A stretch of DNA of 35,853 nt from NCBI GenBank assembly GCA_964464525.1, contig CAYXGR010000003.1, positions 1-35,853 on the forward strand, in the 5' to 3' direction. This document shows, in pieces, positions 1-6,203 of this stretch (position 1 is its first letter; the number at the start of each line of letters is the position of its first letter). The notes under the pieces are model-generated. The model searched no databases. It was not told the DNA's origin and saw only the letters and a list, made by a program, of their open reading frames with translations. The DNA is from an uncultured Planctomycetaceae bacterium (lineage in GTDB: Bacteria; Planctomycetota; Phycisphaerae; UBA1845; UTPLA1). A program made the translations under genes and the position numbers.

Positions 1-58
1 TACACGTCACGGCAGTATCGTGACGGGTAAGCATGCGAACGCTCGACCATCAGGGCAG

Positions 59-148
59 CATGCCCAAGCAAAAGGGTGCCATACCCAAGAAATAGGGCAG
101 CATGCCCAAGAAATAGGGTGGCATGCCCAAGCGAAGCGCGGGCATGGC
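59..148. repeat. 21-bp tandem repeat, four full units plus a partial fifth
   Basis: Units read directly from the sequence: 59 CATGCCCAAGCAAAAGGGTGC, 80 CATACCCAAGAAATAGGGCAG, 101 CATGCCCAAGAAATAGGGTGG, 122 CATGCCCAAGCGAAGCGCGGG, 143 CATGGC... The last unit forms CATGCCC(122-128)-N11-GGGCATG(140-146). A degenerate unit may precede at 32-58. Confidence 0.85.
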
Positions 149-424
149 GTCCCAACCGCTGGACCGAGAATCCCCTCTCGGTCCACCCCCACCCGAAGAT
201 CCTTCCCAACGGGAGCCATGCTCACCCGGTCCGCCAGCGTCGGGCCGCGTAAGCACGCCCCCCGACAATCATTCCCCAATCCAATACCCAATATCCGAAA
301 CCGCTCCCCCCCACAAAAAAATAATCCAAATAGTAACGCTGAAATCTGAACTATGAGATTTCAGATTTGAATCCTGAAATCAACAAATCCCCAGCGCCCC
401 CTCCGCGCCCACTCCACGCGCAAG

Positions 425-505
425 CCCCTCTTCTTCTCTTCTTCTTCTTTTCCTGTTTCCGTTGTTATTTTGACGTTTCGATGTTTTGACGTTTTGACGT
501 TTCCC
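425..505 (+). repeat. composite intergenic repeat, copy A (pyrimidine CTT-rich tract, then four 8-nt TTTTGACG-type units)
   Basis: A nearly pure pyrimidine tract at 425-471 is followed by TTTTGACG(468-475) TTTCGATG(476-483) TTTTGACG(484-491) TTTTGACG(492-499) TTTCCC. The 18-mer at 488-505 is identical to the reverse complement of 3909-3926. Confidence 0.8.
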
Positions 506-879
506 AAAGCCGTGAGGGGGGATTCTTCGTTCCGCTTGAATTGAAACGAAACCCCGGGACCGGTCCGGCCGAAGATGGGGTGGAGAAAAGGTAAAATCAG
601 GGCGATCTGTCATCCGAACCGTGCGATCGACACACAGTGCGGAGCAGTCCCGTGGGTTTTTCGGACCCATTGATTGATTCAGATCGGTGGCCGTGCTTGG
701 GGGGGCGGCCGCCGATTCTTTATTTTTACACAATCCCACCCCCACCCACCCCCTCTTGTCCGACACAATTCGCCGTGATAGCATACCGGACCCTGCTGTC
801 AGCCTGGAAATCCGCGATCGCGGAGGCATCTTGGGGTATCCCCGGGGCGGCAGCAGTTGCAATCTTGGAGGTGGTATAC

Positions 880-2913
880 ATGCCTGACTACACAACCAGT
901 AATCTTCGCAATATCGCAATCGTCGGACATGGTGGTTCCGGGAAGACCTCTCTCTGCGAGGCATTTCTCCATGTCACCGGCGCCACCAGTCGGCTCGGAA
1001 GCGTGCCCGAAAAAACGAGTCATCTCGATCTGGATGAAGACGAAAAAGAGCAGGGCCACTCAATCGATTCGCATGTTCTGTATGTCTCCCATAACGGCAA
1101 GGTGCTCAATGTGATCGACACCCCCGGCGCGCCAGACTTCATCGGCCCCGCAGTAGCGGCCCTGGCCGCGGTCGAGACAGCCGTAATCGTGGTAAACGCC
1201 GCGGGGGGGATCCAGGTCAACACCCGCCGCATGCGGGACAATGCCCGTAAATTCGGCCTGGCCCGCGTCATCGTCGTCAACCATATCGACGCCGAAACGG
1301 CCGACCTGCCGGCCCTGGTAGACAGCCTGAGAGAATCCTTCGGTGACATCGTGTCGCCGGTCAATCTACCCACCGGTGGCGGGAAGTCCCTGATCGACTG
1401 CATCGGTCAGGATTCGGGAGAGGCTGACTTCTCATCCGTGGCCGAGGTTCATACCAACATCGTCGAGCGGGTCTCCGAATGCGATGACGCGTTGATGGAA
1501 AAGTATTTCAGCGAGGGAACGCTCAGCGTCGAAGATGTCAAAACCCATTTCGTGAAGGCCCTCGCATCCGGCACCATCGTCCCGGTCCTGTTTACTCAAG
1601 CGACCGGTGAGATGGGAATCAAGGAGCTACTCTCCTTCATGACCGACTGCTGCCCATCCCCGCTCGAGGGCAAGCAGCGTAGCATCCGACTGGGAGATGC
1701 TGATCAGCCCATCGCCACGGAAGGCGATACCTTCGTGGGCCAGGTCTTCAAGGTGTCGGTCGATCCCAAGAGCCACATCAAATACCCCTTCGTCCGCGCC
1801 TTAGGGGGCGCGTTGAAGCCGGATGCCAATCTGGTTCTCTCGGGAGATCGCAAGGGGCAGCGACCTGGACACCTGATGAAGTTTAAGGGGGGAGACCACA
1901 AGGATATCGATTCAGTGATCGCCGGCGATATCTTTGCTATCGCAAAGCTCGAGTTGCCCATCGGAAGTACCCTGTTCACCGAACCTCGCGAGGGCACTAT
2001 CGCGATGCCGAAGATACCAACGCCAATGTATTCGCTGGCCATCGAGTCGAAATCGCGGGGCGACGAGGCCAAGATCGGAGACGCCGTCCGACGTTTTTCC
2101 GAGACCGACCCATGTTTTCGTGCCACCCACGACCCCCAGACGCACGAGCTGGTCATCAGCGGAACGGGCGATCTGCACCTGCGCACAATCCTGGGTAGGA
2201 TGGCCAAGCATTTCAAGGTCGAGGTGGACACCAAGCCGCCCAAGATCCCCTATCGCGAAACGATCACTGCCAAGGCCGAGGGCCATCATCGCCACAAGAA
2301 GCAGACGGGCGGCGCCGGTCAGTTCGGCGAGGTCTATCTTCGGATCGAACCCATGGAACGCAGCAGCGATCCGCCGATGGAGTGGTCGTGGGATATATTC
2401 GGCGCGTCGATCCCCGGTCAATTCGAGCCGGCAATCAAAAAGGGAGTCGTGGAATTAATGGAACAGGGCGCCCTGGCCGGATTTCCGCTTCAGGATATCA
2501 AGGTGTCGGTTCACGACGGCAAGCACCACCCGGTGGATTCGAAGGAGGTGGCCTTCAAGACCGCCGGAAAGATGGCGTTCAAAGATGCGGTCCTGAAGGC
2601 CCGGCCCACACTGCTCGAGCCGATCGTGGATGTCGAGGTGACGGTTCCGTCGGAGAACGTGGGCGACATCACCGGCGATCTGGCCCAACGCCGCGGCCGG
2701 CCGACGGGGCAGGACTTGCTGCCGGGGGACCTGACCATGATCACCGCCCAGGTGCCGCTGGCAAGGCTGACCGACTACCATTCGAGGTTGAGTTCGATGA
2801 CCGGCGGCAAGGGGAGTTATTCGCTGGAGTTTTCTCATTACGAGAATGTGCCGAGTCATGAGATGCAGGCGGTCATCGACAAGCACAAGCCGAAAAAGAA
2901 AGAAGAAGATTGA
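880..2913 (+). CDS. elongation factor G-like translational GTPase paralog with a divergent G domain
   Basis: The ATG at 880 follows GGAGGTGG. It is in frame with ORF 637..2913, whose upstream 81 codons are low-complexity. G1 is GHGGSGKT and G3 is DTPGAPDF. EF-G domains II-V are recognisable (HRHKKQTGGAGQFG, GxPLxDIKV, SHYE at the C-terminus). Confidence 0.85.
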   Translation: MPDYTTSNLRNIAIVGHGGSGKTSLCEAFLHVTGATSRLGSVPEKTSHLDLDEDEKEQGHSIDSHVLYVSHNGKVLNVIDTPGAPDFIGPAVAALAAVETAVIVVNAAGGIQVNTRRMRDNARKFGLARVIVVNHIDAETADLPALVDSLRESFGDIVSPVNLPTGGGKSLIDCIGQDSGEADFSSVAEVHTNIVERVSECDDALMEKYFSEGTLSVEDVKTHFVKALASGTIVPVLFTQATGEMGIKELLSFMTDCCPSPLEGKQRSIRLGDADQPIATEGDTFVGQVFKVSVDPKSHIKYPFVRALGGALKPDANLVLSGDRKGQRPGHLMKFKGGDHKDIDSVIAGDIFAIAKLELPIGSTLFTEPREGTIAMPKIPTPMYSLAIESKSRGDEAKIGDAVRRFSETDPCFRATHDPQTHELVISGTGDLHLRTILGRMAKHFKVEVDTKPPKIPYRETITAKAEGHHRHKKQTGGAGQFGEVYLRIEPMERSSDPPMEWSWDIFGASIPGQFEPAIKKGVVELMEQGALAGFPLQDIKVSVHDGKHHPVDSKEVAFKTAGKMAFKDAVLKARPTLLEPIVDVEVTVPSENVGDITGDLAQRRGRPTGQDLLPGDLTMITAQVPLARLTDYHSRLSSMTGGKGSYSLEFSHYENVPSHEMQAVIDKHKPKKKEED

Positions 2914-2933
2914 TCCCGGAGCCTGTCGGATCG

Positions 2934-3908
2934 ATGGGACACCTCGCCTCGCAGGAAGACCCTCCCCATGACGCGAATTTCGCCGCCGCACCGGCGTCGC
3001 TGACGGATCGATCCGCGTCCATTCCCCTGATCACACGATTCAGAATCGGGGTCGTCCGCACCTTTCTGGTGGTGTGGATTCGTTGCTTCAGTCTTTCAGG
3101 TTTATACAAACTGGGCCAATGCTTCGGCTTTCTTGAATACCTCACGGATTACAAGCGGCGGCGGCGTGTCCACGGAAAACTATTGAGCCTGTTCGGGGAC
3201 GAACTGGATGACGGTCGGCGGCGGCGTGTGACCTGTCGGTATTTCATGCGGATCCGATGCGACAAGATGTTTTATACGATCATGGATCGGATCCCCCGCG
3301 GCAAGCTGATGAATCGCATCAAGCTGATCGGGTTGTCGCACATCGACGACGCCCTGAGCAAGGGGAATGGCGTTTATGTCGCGCTCTGTCATTTTGGATC
3401 ACACCATGTCGCCGGCTTGATAATGGCGCTTCTCGGGTATGAATTGGCGGGGATACGGGATTCAAAGGAGAGCCCGGTTCGGCGATACATCCAGCAGAGG
3501 TATCGAGAGACGTTTCCCGAAGTCTCGTCGATGAAACTCTTTCCGGCCACATCCTTTCCCCGGGGCATCTATCGCCATCTTCAGGGCAATAAGATTGTGG
3601 CCAGCCTTCTGGACGCGGATCGAAAGCGGGGAGAACACACCAAGACGATGCCCGCAGTGCTCTTCGGCGAGCCTCGAGATCTGCTCATCGGGCCGCTTCA
3701 GATCGCCATCCGTTGTCGATCCACAACCCTCCAGGGATTTGTCGTTTCACGGCGAAATTTCTACTTTCAGGTTATTCTCACGCCACCCTTGATTGATCCT
3801 GATGAAGCCGAAGACGAGACAGGGGCGATCACATCCGCCATTCGTCGATATGCAGAAGTGGTCGAGCAATTCGCCCGGGAGAATCCCGATCACCTGATGA
3901 ACATCTGA
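2934..3908 (+). CDS. LpxL/HtrB-family (lipid A biosynthesis) acyltransferase-like protein
   Basis: ORF 2910..3908. The first ATG is at 2934; a TTG at 2910 would overlap the EF-G stop by 4 nt. Family-like features are the HFGSHH block at the position of the Hx4E motif, LLDADRKRG matching the family's APDQD region, and a C-terminal ENPDHLMNI resembling PEQYLW. Confidence 0.65.
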   Translation: MGHLASQEDPPHDANFAAAPASLTDRSASIPLITRFRIGVVRTFLVVWIRCFSLSGLYKLGQCFGFLEYLTDYKRRRRVHGKLLSLFGDELDDGRRRRVTCRYFMRIRCDKMFYTIMDRIPRGKLMNRIKLIGLSHIDDALSKGNGVYVALCHFGSHHVAGLIMALLGYELAGIRDSKESPVRRYIQQRYRETFPEVSSMKLFPATSFPRGIYRHLQGNKIVASLLDADRKRGEHTKTMPAVLFGEPRDLLIGPLQIAIRCRSTTLQGFVVSRRNFYFQVILTPPLIDPDEAEDETGAITSAIRRYAEVVEQFARENPDHLMNI

Positions 3909-4043
3909 GGGAAACGTCAAAACGTCGAAAAGTCAAAATTATCAGAAGAAAAATAGAAACAGAGAAGAAGAAAAAGATCGGCGTGTGGTTGGGTAAAAAG
4001 GCGTGCGGCACCCCGGAAACTTGGCGCGGTCAAGGGGTGCCGC
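3909..4043 (-). repeat. composite intergenic repeat, copy B (8-nt units, purine tract, 10-bp GC hairpin)
   Basis: GGGAAA, then CGTCAAAA(3915-3922) CGTCGAAA(3923-3930) AGTCAAAA(3931-3938). A GAA-rich tract runs 3941-3976. The hairpin is GCGGCACCCC(4005-4014)/GGGGTGCCGC(4034-4043). On the minus strand the hairpin is followed by ACGCCTTTTT. The copy lies between convergent genes. Confidence 0.8.
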
Positions 4044-4275
4044 AGCGAGTGGAAGACAAGATTTTGCTGGCCGATCCAGTTTGAACAGGCTGGAGGATTC
4101 CACTGACGTCGTGCATTTTATTGTATGCACTGATTCTGAAGAAAACCCCAGACCATCCAAAGCGATCTCCTTCTCTAGCCGGATCGGGCTGAAGTGGCCC
4201 ATGTGCTTTATGGGTAAAATATATGTAATATTATATAAACAATAATGTTGCATATCAATAGCGGGATTACTATTG

Positions 4276-4301
4276 CCAAGAATTGTGCTGGTGATTCTTG
4301 G
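4276..4301 (-). terminator. hairpin immediately downstream of the HExxH-protein gene (candidate terminator)
   Basis: CCAAGAAT(4276-4283)/ATTCTTGG(4294-4301) form an 8-bp stem with a 10-nt loop, 5 nt after the minus-strand stop at 4306-4308. It is followed by an AT-rich stretch but no clean T-run. Confidence 0.4.
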
Positions 4302-4305
4302 GATT

Positions 4306-4923
4306 CTATGTGTCTGGAAACAAGAGGAGTGGGTTGTCGAGGGGGGGTTTTGCCTGTTTCTCCCGGGCGGATTGACGAAGGGGTTTCTGGGTCTCACTGC
4401 CGCCCTTCCTTTGACGGCTCAACTTCCGGGCCTTGGCAACGAACCCGTCCAAATCCTGAAAATCCCACAACCGGCGTTCGACGCGACACCCATGACTGTC
4501 CAGTACAGCGGCGCCGAAATCGTCGACCAGCGTCCGTGTCGCAAATCGATCGCACCGGCCCTCCTTCTGGCGACCGTTGCGGCCCGCGAGGCGGATAAGG
4601 TAATGGTAGAACTCGTGCAAGAAAATAAACAGAATCAATTCTTCCGGACCGGCGAGCTCCAATTCATAGAGCTCGCGCCACCAGTGGGTTCGGTTGGACT
4701 CCGGTCGAGCAATGTGTGTTTGCATTCGGTAGGGGTATCGGTTGTGTCGTCCGAGATTGATGTAGATGGTGTTTGAGTCGTAATAGCACGAACCCGAAAA
4801 GTCCGCCCCGCGGCTGTAACGAACACAGACACGGAGTCCTTCATACGGCCAGTCGGTGACAGCGTCCAGTATCATGGTTTCTATTTTGGCGGTCTGGAGA
4901 TGGGTTCGATTGGTGAGAATCAT
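4306..4923 (-). CDS. hypothetical HExxH-motif protein, possibly a SprT/DUF45-like zinc metallopeptidase, with a basic C-terminal tail
   Basis: 205-aa ORF with an ATG at 4923, 20 nt after the upstream isomerase stop. It has SGSCYYDSNTIYINLG followed about 50 aa later by LHEFYHYLI (HExxH). The C-terminus is Lys/Arg-rich (KARKLSRQRKGG...REKQAKPP). Confidence 0.6.
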   Translation of the reverse strand: MILTNRTHLQTAKIETMILDAVTDWPYEGLRVCVRYSRGADFSGSCYYDSNTIYINLGRHNRYPYRMQTHIARPESNRTHWWRELYELELAGPEELILFIFLHEFYHYLIRLAGRNGRQKEGRCDRFATRTLVDDFGAAVLDSHGCRVERRLWDFQDLDGFVAKARKLSRQRKGGSETQKPLRQSAREKQAKPPLDNPLLLFPDT

Positions 4924-4943
4924 AATGGGTTTCGAGTTACGAG

Positions 4944-5984
4944 TCAGCCGAGACCGGCGCGGACGAGATCCTGTAATCGGATGATGCCGTCGGGTGTTGT
5001 ACCTGATTCGGAGACGACCAGAACCGTTATTTCGCTATCACGCATAAGCCGGAGACATTCGACAGCGAGGGTTGTGGGAGTGACTGTCGAACATTGAACC
5101 GGAGGATCCTCGGGATCGCGGCGGCTCTGCGTCCAAGCCTCGGCGGCCGTGAGAGATGCGGGTTTCTCTGTTCGCGTGAACAATCTGCGGAGGTCGCCAT
5201 CGGTGAAGACGCCCGACAAGCCGCCGGTGGCATCGACAATACAGGCCATTCCCAGGTGGCGGGTGGTCATCTCCAGCAGGAGTTCATTGAACGGCGCGGC
5301 GTCTTGCACGATCGGCATTTTGTCACCGGCATGCATCAGGTCGGAGACACGGAGCAAAATACGGCGTCCGAGATTGCCGTCGGGATGGGTACGGGCGAAA
5401 TCCTCCTCGCCGAATCCCTTGGTGTCCAGAAGGGCCATGGCAACGGCATCGCACAGGGCGAGCATCAATAGAGTGCTCGTCGTAGGGGCAAGGCCGAGGG
5501 GGCCGGCCTCGGGGAGGCCTGGAATCAGCAAGACCACATCCGCCAGTTCGGCGAGCGGCGACGGACCGGGCTCACAAACGACGATCAGGCGGCCGCCGTT
5601 ACGACGAAAATAAGTTGCGAACTTCACGAGTTCCTCGGTTCGGCCGCTCTTCGAGAGGGCAAGCAGAACAGACTCCGGGTTGACGGCTCCGAGATCTCCA
5701 TGAACGCCTTCGACGGGATGAATAAAGATTGCAGGGGTGCCGGTGCTGGAGAGGGTGGCGGCGATTTTTCTGGCGATGAGGCCGCTTTTGCCAATGCCGG
5801 TGACGACCATCTGATCCGATGCTGCCGCGATGAGGTCGAGTGCCCGGTTGAAGTTATCCCCTAGCATATCGGAGAGGGCTGTCAGGCCGGATATCTGTTC
5901 TTTGAGGATTGACCGGGCGAGGGAGATGGATGATTTTTTTGTTTTTGCCGGAGTTGCCACGAGTGTATCCATTTCGAAGCTCAA
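4944..5984 (-). CDS. kdsD: arabinose-5-phosphate isomerase (KpsF/GutQ/KdsD family; SIS plus tandem CBS domains)
   Basis: The SIS motif is VVTGIGKSGLIARKIAATLSSTGTPAIFIHPVEGVHGDLG. The C-terminal CBS pair includes LGMACIVD...GVFTDGDLRR and ITVLVVSE...GIIRLQDL. The start is either TTG at 5984 or the in-frame ATG at 5972. Confidence 0.9.
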   Translation of the reverse strand: MSFEMDTLVATPAKTKKSSISLARSILKEQISGLTALSDMLGDNFNRALDLIAAASDQMVVTGIGKSGLIARKIAATLSSTGTPAIFIHPVEGVHGDLGAVNPESVLLALSKSGRTEELVKFATYFRRNGGRLIVVCEPGPSPLAELADVVLLIPGLPEAGPLGLAPTTSTLLMLALCDAVAMALLDTKGFGEEDFARTHPDGNLGRRILLRVSDLMHAGDKMPIVQDAAPFNELLLEMTTRHLGMACIVDATGGLSGVFTDGDLRRLFTRTEKPASLTAAEAWTQSRRDPEDPPVQCSTVTPTTLAVECLRLMRDSEITVLVVSESGTTPDGIIRLQDLVRAGLG

Positions 5985-6038
5985 TTGTCCCTTGATCCTC
6001 GCGGGGTTATTTCACCACTGAGGCGGGCAATAGTTAAA

Positions 6039-6189
6039 CGTCGAAAAGTCGAAAAGTCAAAACGATGGAGAAACGTCAAAAAGTTAAAACGTCGAAAAGT
6101 CAAAATGAAAGAAGAAGAAACAACATAAGAAGAAAAAAAACTGGGGATCGGCACGGGTAAGCAGAGTTTGCCGGTGGCACCCGGCCTGC
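6039..6189 (-). repeat. composite intergenic repeat, copy C (largest: two blocks of 8-nt units, purine tract, GC hairpin)
   Basis: CGTCGAAA(6039) AGTCGAAA(6047) AGTCAAAA(6055), an 11-nt break, then CGTCAAAA(6074) AGTTAAAA(6082) CGTCGAAA(6090) AGTCAAAA(6098). A GAA-rich tract with an A8 run spans 6106-6140. The nested hairpin is GCAG(6161)...GCCGG(6170-6174)/CCGGC(6181-6185)...CTGC(6186-6189). TGCCGGTGGCACCC at 6169-6182 is shared with copy D. Confidence 0.85.
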
Positions 6190-6203
6190 TCTATGGGGGT
6201 TTC

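Noticed and set aside
7-356. Four overlapping ORFs (72-109 aa) on both strands at the left edge
   Set aside because: They run through the 21-bp tandem repeat and give repetitive low-complexity peptides in several frames at once. They have no recognisable motifs and are most likely non-coding.
637-879. 81-codon N-terminal extension of the EF-G-like ORF
   Set aside because: The extension is Pro-rich and low-complexity and lacks an EF-G counterpart. The conserved G domain begins right after the ATG at 880, which has a GGAGGTGG Shine-Dalgarno-like sequence upstream.
3942-4397. 151-aa minus-strand and 80-aa plus-strand ORFs in the convergent spacer
   Set aside because: They overlap the composite repeat, the AT-rich island and the neighbouring gene end. 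Their composition is driven by the purine/pyrimidine tract and no motifs are present.
6039-6105. Possible CRISPR array or other spacer-repeat structure in the 8-mer arrays and the 21-bp repeat (59-148)
   Set aside because: The units are head-to-tail with no unique spacers and are far shorter than CRISPR repeats. No cas genes are present in the window.
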